In this document: piece by piece, positions 29,675 through 39,050 of the stretch
Numbering within the stretch: position 1 is the first letter of the stretch
Layout: every line of letters starts with the position of its first letter
Assembly (NCBI GenBank): GCA_050250895.1
Contig: JBFWNU010000001.1
Span: forward strand, 3,776,149 to 3,840,148
Direction: 5' to 3'
Source: Vulcanimicrobiota bacterium
GTDB lineage: Bacteria > Vulcanimicrobiota > Xenobia > Xenobiales > JADMJV01
Length of the DNA: 64,000 nt
The notes under the pieces: generated by a model
The model's database searches: none
What the model was told of the DNA's origin: nothing
Seen by the model: the letters and a program-made list of their open reading frames with translations, nothing else
Program-made: the position numbers and the translations under genes

Positions 29675-29897
29675 GGTCTCTCCTCAAGCGTGCCTCACGA
29701 ACGGTGTCTAGATAGAAGCGAATATGCAGAGAGCAGCCCTTCTCGTCGACGGCTGTGGCCAACGCTCGCCGAACGGCCTCGGTCTGTAACGGCGCGTTAC
29801 GGCGAAAGAAATCGAGCACAAGCCTTCTTTCGGCCGCGGTTAGCTCGCGTCCACACAAGGCGGCTTCCACCGCCCCGCAGAATTCAGGGCCGGTCAA
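29667..29897 (-). pseudogene. 3' fragment of the gene upstream of the ExeA-like ATPase (probably a DDE transposase tail)
   Basis: No convincing start; overlaps the ATPase start; identity inferred from the usual transposase-ExeA pairing. Confidence 0.4.
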
Positions 29898-29904
29898 GCA
29901 CCCC

Positions 29905-29970
29905 GCAGGCCAATCCTATCGCACCAAGGCCGCCAAGAAAGGTCCGGCGGCGGAGGGGTCCTTAAGTTAA
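29905..29970 (+). pseudogene. istB: Last codons of IS21 istB
   Basis: GQSYRTKAAKK...* matches the IstB C-terminal G.SYR motif directly before IRR. Confidence 0.6.
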
Positions 29971-30082
29971 AATCGAACATCAGGGTGGATCACTTTTAGG
30001 GTGCCGCCTGGATCAGATCTAGAGCGTTGCCAACAGGGCGTCCTGTAGAACCTGGGTGAGTTGTCGGTGAGCGCGCTCAGGC

Positions 30083-30298
30083 TTAGCTATTTTGCGCCTG
30101 GCGGCCTGAGGCCGAGTGGACTGGTCCCGCTCCTGCAGACATCAGACGTGCTCTTATCTGAGTATACAACTCATCTGGCCATTTGAGTTTGCTTCGCATT
30201 GTGACGTTGCCGGCTTTCCCGCCCCCGGCTTCGAGGACGTTGAGAAAGTGACTCTCGTGGTCTGAGATTTGTTGCTCGCTGAGACCAATTAACGACAT
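30083..30298 (-). pseudogene. Short, probably truncated ORF (winged-helix-like N-terminal fragment)
   Basis: L...GG.AGN..MR..L.W....Y..IR..L...G; ends near the IS21 boundary. Confidence 0.35.
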
Positions 30299-30406
30299 TA
30301 CACACGGACCTCCAAGTTTGAGTAGACTTGACTATCAGTTCCAGGGGCTCCTCCACCACCCTCGCCTGCTCGCTTCGAGGGGCCGACCGGGGTGGGTCGA
30401 ATTCTA

Positions 30407-32173
30407 TCAGAGCTGATCGGCATCGTATCTAAACCTAATCCGTTCCAGTGTCGGGGTGACCTCGTAGTTCCCGCCGCGCTTGGTTCGAAAGCCGAATTCC
30501 GATATCAGATGCAAGGAGCGTTTCGCACGGGAGGCGACAACATAGAGCAAGCGTATCGAATCGTCCCATCCTTCGTCGTCCGAATGAATCACCGATGCCC
30601 ATGCTGGGCAGTGCCCCTTCAGAAGGCCAAAGCAGATTACCACCTCGAACTCCAGTCCCTTCACTGCGTGGCAGCTTGTGACTTGGACGCCTGTCCGGGT
30701 GAAGGAACTCCTGAAGAACTCAAAGTCCATCTCGGTCTCGAGCCATCCGAGACGACCGGCGATAGTTGCCAGGTAAGCGTTGATCGACTCGGCTAGGGGT
30801 CCCCCAGCTTCCAATTTCACAAATTGAGAGAGAAACGTTGTCAGGAGCTCTTTCAGATAGGCGATCCCTGTGTCATGCGGGCGTATCTCGCGTATGACCC
30901 TAATGCACGCTCTTGCCGAAGTGCTCACAACGTCCAAGGAGAACTCATCACTGAGTTCCCTGAGCAGGAGGGCCGCTTCTCCACGCCGCCATCGAATGTT
31001 TCGAGCGTTGGGTTCCCCAAAGTGCAATGCGATGACACGATGCCAAACGCCATCTGACTCTTTGAAAATGGCCGCACCTGGCACATTCACAGGAATGTCG
31101 GGTAGTAGCGCGGCGACTTCTCTGGCGACGGGGAGCAACACCCTCCACTTTGGCGCCAAGACGCAGATTTCTTCAGGCGCCACGCCATTACCAACGTGAC
31201 CCTGGATGAGAGAGGCGATTCGATCAGCGACGTTGTGCCGGCCGTAAGTCAATCGGTCGAAGGAGATACATCCCCTGGTGTCCCGACCATCTCCCATCGC
31301 GACAACATTCAAGTTAGAAACCCGGAAGTTCGTGCAGAAATCTACAATACGGCTGCTAGAACGGTAGTTCCCACTTAGTTCCAGCGGGGCGATCTCTTCG
31401 CGGCAAAAGATCGATTCAAGCTCAGGTGCCGTTTTGACAACGCCGCCAAGAGACCGATATATCGCCTGATCTGGATCTCCTACCACAAAGATTCGGGTCG
31501 AGCCCGAGCCTAGAATCAGACCAAGTATCGAGTATTGAACCTCACTCGTGTCCTGGTATTCGTCGAGGTAGATGCCTTCGAACAGTCGGGCCAGATTCTT
31601 GCAGGCGCACGGAAGCTTCTTCAGGAGTTTGTATGTGTAATACAGACACTGATCGTGGTCGACCAATCCGGCGGCCTTCAATTCCTGGTGATAGTTGTAA
31701 ATGATATCGCGATGAATATCGCGGTCTAGGCCGAGGGCTTCCAAAGGTTCGCCGTTGAGTCCCAACCTGGTCGGGATCTCAATCCAAGGGTCGAGATCGT
31801 GTCCCGCTTTGAGGCGGTCTAGGATTTCTCGAATAGTTCCTTCACTAGCCACTCGGAATGATCGTCGCAGCGGTGGGCTATAGCACCGGTATGGATGCAA
31901 GACCCACTCTCGGCAAAATGAGTGGATCGTGCCCACCCATAGTCGAGCATCGCGAACGCCAGCGTCTGCGAAACGTCGCGTGATCTCCTCAGCTGCGCGG
32001 ATGGTATAGGTGAGTCCGGCAAGAAATCTCCTTCGCCCTTCGGGAAGGCGTGCGACATCGCGGAGCATCTTCGCGGCTAGGACTCGGGTCTTCCCACTCC
32101 CCGGACAGGCCTGGACCAATGCGTCACCGGGTGCTTTGAGCGCCTGCCTTTGCTGGTCATTCAGTTCGCTCAT
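30407..32173 (-). CDS. gajB: UvrD-like helicase, Gabija GajB
   Basis: ACPGSGKT, GTIHSF, LDEYQD, VGDPDQAIY, NYRS, H..KGLEF, LYV..SRAK; overlaps the OLD nuclease gene. Confidence 0.85.
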   Translation of the reverse strand: MSELNDQQRQALKAPGDALVQACPGSGKTRVLAAKMLRDVARLPEGRRRFLAGLTYTIRAAEEITRRFADAGVRDARLWVGTIHSFCREWVLHPYRCYSPPLRRSFRVASEGTIREILDRLKAGHDLDPWIEIPTRLGLNGEPLEALGLDRDIHRDIIYNYHQELKAAGLVDHDQCLYYTYKLLKKLPCACKNLARLFEGIYLDEYQDTSEVQYSILGLILGSGSTRIFVVGDPDQAIYRSLGGVVKTAPELESIFCREEIAPLELSGNYRSSSRIVDFCTNFRVSNLNVVAMGDGRDTRGCISFDRLTYGRHNVADRIASLIQGHVGNGVAPEEICVLAPKWRVLLPVAREVAALLPDIPVNVPGAAIFKESDGVWHRVIALHFGEPNARNIRWRRGEAALLLRELSDEFSLDVVSTSARACIRVIREIRPHDTGIAYLKELLTTFLSQFVKLEAGGPLAESINAYLATIAGRLGWLETEMDFEFFRSSFTRTGVQVTSCHAVKGLEFEVVICFGLLKGHCPAWASVIHSDDEGWDDSIRLLYVVASRAKRSLHLISEFGFRTKRGGNYEVTPTLERIRFRYDADQL

Positions 32174-34218
32174 GTGGGTTTTAGATACGCACGCACCTTA
32201 GTGAGTGGGTCTGTAGGATTTGCCTGACAAAATTCCTCGATTGAAAAAGGGTCACCCTTTGCTAGGCCGGCCCTGTGCCGACCAATATCGGCCAACACCG
32301 ACTCGTTGAGTGCCGAGGCAGCAGCAAAGCATACGCCCTCAAGAATGTACGCAGGTGTTTCGACACCGTTGTCGAGTTTTTCGGCCAACATCATTGCGAA
32401 CCAGCCTTTGCCGGCCTTCTTCGCCATTCGGACGGCCGCCTTGCCACACTTGGAGTCGTCTGGAAGTTGGCGTAGAACCGCTGATTTTGTCTTAGGGTCT
32501 TTGTAGATATTGCCAACCAAGCTTTCGAAATAACTACGATTGTCTCCCGTCAGCGCAAAATCTGCTTCAAAGGTATATCGCGCGTGACACAGCTTTACCC
32601 ATTCGTTGCCTCCGAAGGCCTCTTCCAACTTAGCTTTTCGGCTCTTCCCACGCTGCTCAGCATTCCGGGCTCGCGTTATCTCTTTCTTCTCCCCGGTCTT
32701 CGGGGGGGGGAGAGGCCCGAGAAGCGATGTGTCCAGGTCTGTTAAGATTGAGCACCGACGCCGCAGCCGGTCTCTGTGAAACAGTTTCGCCACGTGCTCA
32801 AAAACGGTCCCATCCATTTTGATCAGACTGACTCCAACTTCATCAAGTCGAACACCAAACACCCGCTTGACGAGTTCGGGAATCACGATCAATTCGGTGT
32901 CTCCTTCGACGAGACAGACACCCTTAGCAAAGAGAAGGGTCGTTCTGACTGCGTCTAAGTATCTCTCAATCTTGGAGCATTCAGCCTCCTCCAATTTGTT
33001 CGCAGGATAGAACACCGACGCTCGCCCCTTGCCGAGGCTTAGAACGTTTACTGCTCTGATCTTTGAGGCCGCAGAGATGTGAGTGGAGTGGGTCGAGACG
33101 ATGATTTGGGTTCGGTGTCCCTCATAGTTTTCAAACAGCGTCTTCTGGACGTGAGTGTGGAGATGAGCCTCCGGCTCTTCAATCAGAAGAAAGTGACCGG
33201 AACGGTCCTTGGCGAGGTTCGACTCATACTCAAGTAGCTTCAGGCTCAAATAGATTAGGTTGGCGGCACCGAGACTCAACCCACCAACGTCATCAAGCAG
33301 TTCGACACCAGTCATATCCTTGATTTTGAGGACCAGGCGCCGCAGCAATGCGTCCAATTGTTCGGGTAACGTCGATTCGATCTTCACCTCGGGCGCGTAG
33401 GTCCTGCCAACAGCTTTGAGAAGAGTCGCGGAAATATCGTTTGATAGGTCAACAACATCGGCCAGCTCGGAAATATCTTTGTTGAGCGTCTCAACCTGTT
33501 TGATGATGCCATCGCCGTCGACAAACTCGCAGTTCTTCAGCAAGTTTACTAGTGGGTTGTCCCACTTTCTTAGGTCCGCGACCACATCCCGAAGCGCCTT
33601 GATGAACGTGCAAGTGACCTCGTTCGACAGAAGAGTTCTCTCCATTGACGCGCCCACTCGTCTCGTGTCCTCGCGGCGAGGATCTGGAAATACGAGCTTC
33701 TCGAAATCTCCCACGATGCGTTTGTAAACCTGATCGCGAACAAAGTTCGCGGTGCCTTTACCGAAGTAGTCTGTCTTGTAGTCTTTTAGCGTGATCGTTT
33801 TCATGAAGGCGGCCGTCGCCGCCAGGTCACCTTTGTCGCCTAGGCGGTGAAGTTCTGCCCGCTTTTCCAGGCTTGGCCTAAAGATCAATGTGTAGCGGCC
33901 GGTATCGTCGTCCTCTTCAGTTCGACCGCATCCGTGTCGAATCAACGCGTGTTCGTCGGAATCATCGAGGCCCGCAAGATCTATTTGAACAATAATCCAA
34001 TGTCCTGACCAGGGACCGAGGGCGCGATTGAAGTCACTGGCCTCCAATCTCTCAGCGTATCGAGGAAGGCTGCTGTCCAACAACAGCCGGAGCGCGTGAA
34101 GGGCGTTGGTCTTTCCCGAACCGTTCTCACCGATTAGTGTGTTAACATTGGGTTTGAAGGTAAACTCTTCCGCCAAGAAATTACGGAAATTCCGAATCGC
34201 CAGCCTCGAAATCCACAT
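32170..34218 (-). CDS. gajA: OLD-family ATP-dependent nuclease (ABC ATPase plus TOPRIM), Gabija GajA
   Basis: GENGSGKT, IEEPEAHLH, STHS, LVEGDTE, TDLD. Confidence 0.85.
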   Translation of the reverse strand: MWISRLAIRNFRNFLAEEFTFKPNVNTLIGENGSGKTNALHALRLLLDSSLPRYAERLEASDFNRALGPWSGHWIIVQIDLAGLDDSDEHALIRHGCGRTEEDDDTGRYTLIFRPSLEKRAELHRLGDKGDLAATAAFMKTITLKDYKTDYFGKGTANFVRDQVYKRIVGDFEKLVFPDPRREDTRRVGASMERTLLSNEVTCTFIKALRDVVADLRKWDNPLVNLLKNCEFVDGDGIIKQVETLNKDISELADVVDLSNDISATLLKAVGRTYAPEVKIESTLPEQLDALLRRLVLKIKDMTGVELLDDVGGLSLGAANLIYLSLKLLEYESNLAKDRSGHFLLIEEPEAHLHTHVQKTLFENYEGHRTQIIVSTHSTHISAASKIRAVNVLSLGKGRASVFYPANKLEEAECSKIERYLDAVRTTLLFAKGVCLVEGDTELIVIPELVKRVFGVRLDEVGVSLIKMDGTVFEHVAKLFHRDRLRRRCSILTDLDTSLLGPLPPPKTGEKKEITRARNAEQRGKSRKAKLEEAFGGNEWVKLCHARYTFEADFALTGDNRSYFESLVGNIYKDPKTKSAVLRQLPDDSKCGKAAVRMAKKAGKGWFAMMLAEKLDNGVETPAYILEGVCFAAASALNESVLADIGRHRAGLAKGDPFSIEEFCQANPTDPLTKVRAYLKPT

Positions 34219-34224
34219 GCTCTA

Positions 34225-37200
34225 CTACCCCTGGGAGGTTTCCTCACTTCTCGATTGGCCAATGTCCCGCCCGCTAAATGCCTCGTAGGCCGCCATCAAG
34301 TCGGACTCACGATTGCAGCTGTCAAAGGGCGGTGAGAATGTCTTTGCGAACTCGGGTAGGTCTTCCTGTTTGCAGGCCCACTTGACCTGTTCCCATTCCT
34401 TTCTCGTCAATCCCACGCCCGAAAGTCCTCTGTTGACGGTGAACACGATGTTGCCCTTGGTATCGTAGTAGGTATCCGCCTCGTACATTCGTAGAACCGG
34501 GAATTGAATCCGGTAGATCGCCAGGAGCTCTTTGTCGCTCATTCCGAGGGAAAGTGCGGCGAGCGCATCCAATTCGACTAAGGCCTGCCGGCGCTCGAAG
34601 GAAGTTCTCAGGCAACTCCGCCGGGTCCAGGTCCCGCTCAACTCACTCCAGCTCTTCAAGCGTGGATCCTTCTTAGTAAACGAGTCTTGACTCATTGATC
34701 CGTCGAAGCTCGCGGCCCAGAGTTCCCGGTAATGGCTGGTCAGGGCACTCAGTCGCAGCGCTCTTGACTTGATGGCTGGTGTGAAGCGCGTCGTTTTGAA
34801 AGGCAGAATCGCAAGTAGTCCCAGGTCAAGATGGCCCCGGCCCGTTGATTTTACGAAGAAATCGAATACGATCGAGAAACTTAGGCCGGCAAAATGCAGA
34901 AGATCACTCAGTCGCTCGAAACATACACCGTAGACGGTATGGATATGAGTGACCCCCTTCGGGACGACGGCCGAAACAAAGGTCCTTTCGCCGGTTGGGG
35001 CTACCATCTCGCGGAAGACTAAACGATAGTAATCATTGACGGGAACTCCTCTCCAACTCGGTAGTCGCCTTTCAAATTCCACTGGCGAGCAGGCCGGTGT
35101 GTATACCCCTCGAGGCAAGTAGTCTTCTTGTGAGGTGTCGAGATCCACGACCGCATAGTCTTGGTTGTGTCTGCAACCTACGTTAGCGGACTTGTTGAAG
35201 GGGTTACCGACAAAGAAGTGGGGGCCGGACAGAATCAAGCTCGATGGATGCTCTGGCGTTAGGCTATCCTTTCGGATCGTGCCGTTCCTCTGACTCTGGG
35301 TTTCGTCCAAGCAGGTTGTCGGGAAGTATCTGTCTTCCAAATCCCCCAGCCGCCGGTCTACCGCCGCAAAGCGACGCAGCACGTTGAGAATCTCCCGGCT
35401 ATGCACGACCGGCACTCGGGCCTCGAGAGCCGGCGTGCCGGCTGGGTCATAGAGCGTGGCAAACAGCTCCAGCGTGGCCTCGTCCACCTCCACAATCCGC
35501 GACCGATGTCCGCGAAGGTCCCAATGGTTCTCGTCGTCCTTGATGCCGGGCACGGCCCCGAAGCCATCGTGGCCCTCCGACTCCCCCAGCGTCCGGGGGT
35601 GGAACAGGTTCGAGCACAGCCGAAAGCGCACCGCCTCGCTCAATTCGCCGGCGGTGATGGTCGTGCAATAGGGCCGCTGATGGTCGACCCCCTCGAACAG
35701 AATCAGCTCGTTCTTGAACTGCCAGACCCACTTCAACCGCCGAGCCAGCTCGGCTCGCAGCAGCCCGCCCTTCGGGTCGTCAAAGACTCCCGGTTGATGC
35801 ACCAGGCCCTGCATGCCAGCCTTGCTCAGCAGCCTCCAGTTGTTCACCAGAAAGCACTTGTAGAGATTGTTCTTCTGCCCGGCCAACAACGGATAGTTGG
35901 GCACCGCACCTAAGAACTGGGCCGTGCCCATCACCTCCTGGTATTCGCCGAGATACAGCTCGCGCTCGGCCTGGCCGGCCAGCACCTCGGCCCGGCGCTT
36001 GGCGGTGTCAGAGGCCGACACGCCCCGCACCTCGAGCTCGGGAGCGATGTCGCCCAGCACGCCCCCTTCTTTCCACTCCACCTTCACCCAGGGCGGGTTT
36101 CCTACGATGATGTCAAAGCCGCCCCGCTCGGCGAACACCTCGGCGAAGGCCAGCTCCCAGTGCACGAAGCGCACCCGGCCGGTCACCTCGCGCACGACCC
36201 CAAAGCGCTCGAACTGCTGGCTCAACTGGTCGACGTCGCCGTCGAGCAGGGCCTCGACCTCCATCAGCCACTCGTCGCGGCTGGGCAAGAGGTGGGCCTG
36301 GGCCAGCGGCCAGAACCACAGGGCGCACCAATAGTCCATCACCGCCCCCAGGCGCCGGCCGGCGGCGGTGCCGCGCCCGAGGGTGGCGGCGACGGCCTGG
36401 CTCTGGTCGACTCGGTGCCACTGGCTCTCGGGCCGGGGCTGGCCCCACAGGCGCACCGGCTGGCGCAGCTGGGCCAGCACGGTGCGGCGCTGCTCGGTGT
36501 GGCTCTGCCACAGGCTGTCGATGCGCTGCGAGATGCGCTCGAGGCTGTCGAGTTCGGGGGCGGTGAAGGCGGCGGTGATCGCCTTGCGCCACTTCTTCAT
36601 GGCCTCGAGGGCCTCGGGCTCGAGCTCTTTGACGGCCTTGTCTTTGTCAAACGAGGCCATCCCCTCGTAGGGCACCAGAAAGTGATAGACCTGGCCGGCC
36701 CCGCACCGGCTGACCCGCTCGGGAGGCTGCTTGAGCCACTTCTTGGCCAGCGCCTTGCGGTCATAGACGGCCCGTCGGCAACCGATGAGGCTGTCGCCGG
36801 TGGCCAGGCGCAGGTCGAGGTACGGGGTCTCGACCGACTTCGACAGGGTGTTGAGCCACAGCGACAGCTTGGCAAGCTCGAGCGCCCGGGGGTTCTTGTC
36901 GACGCCATAGCAGTTGTGGGCGGCCAGGTGGTATTTGACCTTCTGCCACTGGCGCTGATAGTCGTCAGAAGCCAGGCTCTGGCCCAGCTCTTTCTGCTTG
37001 GCCTCGAGATAGTGGTGGGCCAGCTGGTTGATGGCCTCGTTCAAGAAGGCGCCCGAGCCCATGGCCGGCTCGCAAATGGTCAGTTCGAGCATCTCGTCGG
37101 CGCTCAGGTTCTGCAGGCGCTCGCGCAGGGTGTATTTGGTCAGGCAGCGCGTGAGCACCTCGGGAGTGTAGAACGAGGCGCTCTTCTCGCGGTCGCGTCC

Positions 37201-38751
37201 GGCCAGGCGAAAGAGATAGCTGCCCTTCTTGTGCACTCGCTTGCGCCCCGAGGGGTCGCGCACGAACTCTTGCTCGTCGAAGGCTCCGGCCCGACCGGCG
37301 GCCACGAAGAACGTGCGGGCTTCTTCGTTGTCGACCTCTTTGGCCGAGCGCACCTCGAACAGGTCCTCTTGGGCGAAAAAGCCCGAGTAGCTGAGCAGGC
37401 CTTCATAGACCGAGCCCAACTGGTTGATGCCGAGCTGGGCATACGAGATGCGCCCCCGCTCCTTGCGCCCTCCCTCGCGCGACAGCGAGAGCAGCTGCAG
37501 CACCTGCTGCACCACCAGGTTGCGAAACTTGACTCCGCGCAGCAACGGGGTGCGGGCCGGGTCGAAGATGGGGCTGCGCAGGCCGTTGAGGCTGAACCCC
37601 TCGTGCACGATCTGGTCGAAGTCCAGCGCCAGCTGGTCGCGCAGGGGAAAGCCCTCTTGCACCAGCCGAAAGAGCTGCTCGAGGCTGTGGTGCAGAAAGA
37701 ACCCGTCGCGAGCCTCGGCGGTGGTCAGCGGCACCAGCTCGAGGTCGCGCAGGGCCTCGAGCGAGTAGCCCTGGCGAAAGGCGTCGGACTGCATCGGAAC
37801 CACCCCCAGCTCGGCTCCGCGCGCCTCGACGTAGAACAGAAAGAGCAGGCGATAGAGATAGACCAGGCACTCTTCGGTCAGCTGGCGGGCCAGCTGGTCG
37901 TTGCTAAAGACTGCCTCTTTGGCCACCTCGCGCTTGTAGCGCACGGCCTCGTTGCCCAGCAGCTCGATGGCCGCCCGGGCTCCGTATTTGAGGTCGGTCG
38001 AGACGGCGAAGGCGTGCTTGTGGCTGGCCTCGTCGAGGGCGTCGTGGCGGCACAGCCCGTCTTCGGGGTTGAGCACCTCGCGATGCAACAGGGCGGCAGT
38101 GGCCTTAAGGGCCGCGTCTTGCCGGCGGCTGAGCAGGTCGCCCAGCTCGAAGCGCAGATACTTGCCCTGGCCCCACTTGTAGTGGTCGATGAGAAAGATG
38201 TCTTCGCCCCCCATGAACAGCACCCAGCGGGGAGGGCTCTCTTGCTTGAACACCGGCCCGTCCAGCAGCTCGCGCCAGCTGGCCTCGGGCAGGGCAGCCT
38301 CGCCGGCGTCTTTGGGCAGCTGGGCCACCAGCGGCTGCTCATCGAGGGGCGAGTCGTCTTCGTCGCCCGGAAAGGGAGCATCCACCACCCACAGAAAAGG
38401 CCGGCCGTCGCGGCGCTGGCTCAGCAGCACCGGCACCACTCGCTGGTCGGGGAGGGCCTCGATGGTGGGCTGATAGTCGTAGCCCAGGGCTTCTAGCAGT
38501 TTGGCGTGAAACTCTCGCGCCCGGCTCCACCGCTCGGCCGGCTCGCGCTCTTGCGAGGCCAGGTGGCGGGCCTGGAAGTAGGTCTCGGCCAGCCTGGCCA
38601 GGCGCTTGTTCGGAGCTGCCTGTCCGCTCTCTTTCTCGCGCTGGCTCCAGCCCTCGAGCACGTCCTTGAGGTCGCTGCCCAGCACCGCCTCGAGATAGTG
38701 GTGCGAGTAGAACTCGCCAACGTTGTGGATTCCGGTCAGATCGAGAGCCAT
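34225..38751 (-). CDS. Large N6-adenine DNA methyltransferase (Eco57I / type IIG, DrmMI-like)
   Basis: LGSVYEGLL, R.KSASFYTP, CEPAMGSGAFL, YGVD.N, FD..VGNPPW. Confidence 0.9.
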   Translation of the reverse strand: MALDLTGIHNVGEFYSHHYLEAVLGSDLKDVLEGWSQREKESGQAAPNKRLARLAETYFQARHLASQEREPAERWSRAREFHAKLLEALGYDYQPTIEALPDQRVVPVLLSQRRDGRPFLWVVDAPFPGDEDDSPLDEQPLVAQLPKDAGEAALPEASWRELLDGPVFKQESPPRWVLFMGGEDIFLIDHYKWGQGKYLRFELGDLLSRRQDAALKATAALLHREVLNPEDGLCRHDALDEASHKHAFAVSTDLKYGARAAIELLGNEAVRYKREVAKEAVFSNDQLARQLTEECLVYLYRLLFLFYVEARGAELGVVPMQSDAFRQGYSLEALRDLELVPLTTAEARDGFFLHHSLEQLFRLVQEGFPLRDQLALDFDQIVHEGFSLNGLRSPIFDPARTPLLRGVKFRNLVVQQVLQLLSLSREGGRKERGRISYAQLGINQLGSVYEGLLSYSGFFAQEDLFEVRSAKEVDNEEARTFFVAAGRAGAFDEQEFVRDPSGRKRVHKKGSYLFRLAGRDREKSASFYTPEVLTRCLTKYTLRERLQNLSADEMLELTICEPAMGSGAFLNEAINQLAHHYLEAKQKELGQSLASDDYQRQWQKVKYHLAAHNCYGVDKNPRALELAKLSLWLNTLSKSVETPYLDLRLATGDSLIGCRRAVYDRKALAKKWLKQPPERVSRCGAGQVYHFLVPYEGMASFDKDKAVKELEPEALEAMKKWRKAITAAFTAPELDSLERISQRIDSLWQSHTEQRRTVLAQLRQPVRLWGQPRPESQWHRVDQSQAVAATLGRGTAAGRRLGAVMDYWCALWFWPLAQAHLLPSRDEWLMEVEALLDGDVDQLSQQFERFGVVREVTGRVRFVHWELAFAEVFAERGGFDIIVGNPPWVKVEWKEGGVLGDIAPELEVRGVSASDTAKRRAEVLAGQAERELYLGEYQEVMGTAQFLGAVPNYPLLAGQKNNLYKCFLVNNWRLLSKAGMQGLVHQPGVFDDPKGGLLRAELARRLKWVWQFKNELILFEGVDHQRPYCTTITAGELSEAVRFRLCSNLFHPRTLGESEGHDGFGAVPGIKDDENHWDLRGHRSRIVEVDEATLELFATLYDPAGTPALEARVPVVHSREILNVLRRFAAVDRRLGDLEDRYFPTTCLDETQSQRNGTIRKDSLTPEHPSSLILSGPHFFVGNPFNKSANVGCRHNQDYAVVDLDTSQEDYLPRGVYTPACSPVEFERRLPSWRGVPVNDYYRLVFREMVAPTGERTFVSAVVPKGVTHIHTVYGVCFERLSDLLHFAGLSFSIVFDFFVKSTGRGHLDLGLLAILPFKTTRFTPAIKSRALRLSALTSHYRELWAASFDGSMSQDSFTKKDPRLKSWSELSGTWTRRSCLRTSFERRQALVELDALAALSLGMSDKELLAIYRIQFPVLRMYEADTYYDTKGNIVFTVNRGLSGVGLTRKEWEQVKWACKQEDLPEFAKTFSPPFDSCNRESDLMAAYEAFSGRDIGQSRSEETSQG

Positions 38752-38789
38752 CCGGGTAGCTTTGTCCTACGACCGGCGACTCCTGTCGT

Positions 38790-39013
38790 TTCTTGGATTT
38801 GACAAGGGCCTCGAAGAGGCGCGCCTCGAGGGGCTTAGAGAGTCTCGTCAGACCATCGTTGCCATTCTCCAGAGCCGGTTTGAGGCTGTTCCGGCGACGG
38901 TCGAAGAGAGGCTCGAGGGGGTCAGCGACCCTGGCCGTCTGCGCGAGTTGGCGGTCACGGCCGCGAACGCCGGCTCGGTCGACGGCTTTCTGTCGGCCTT
39001 CCAGCAGCCTTAG
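38790..39013 (+). pseudogene. C-terminal remnant of a second Rpn-like gene
   Basis: KGLEE...EG.R.....IL..RF......LE.VSDP..L..L...AA.A...D.FL.A parallels the tail of 13052-14038; no start codon. Confidence 0.7.
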
Positions 39014-39050
39014 ACAGAGGAAATCCGGCGCCAGAGGCTAAGCGGAGCGA

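Larger units (their letters stand above)
27059..30035 (+). mobile_element. IS21-family element with both terminal inverted repeats; interior replaced by foreign DNA
   Basis: IRL TGTTAGCAACGCTCTCAATTTGATCCA..AAAAGTGATCCACCC versus IRR (reverse complement) TGTTGGCAACGCTCTAGATCTGATCCA..AAAAGTGATCCACCC; no target duplication. Confidence 0.9.
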
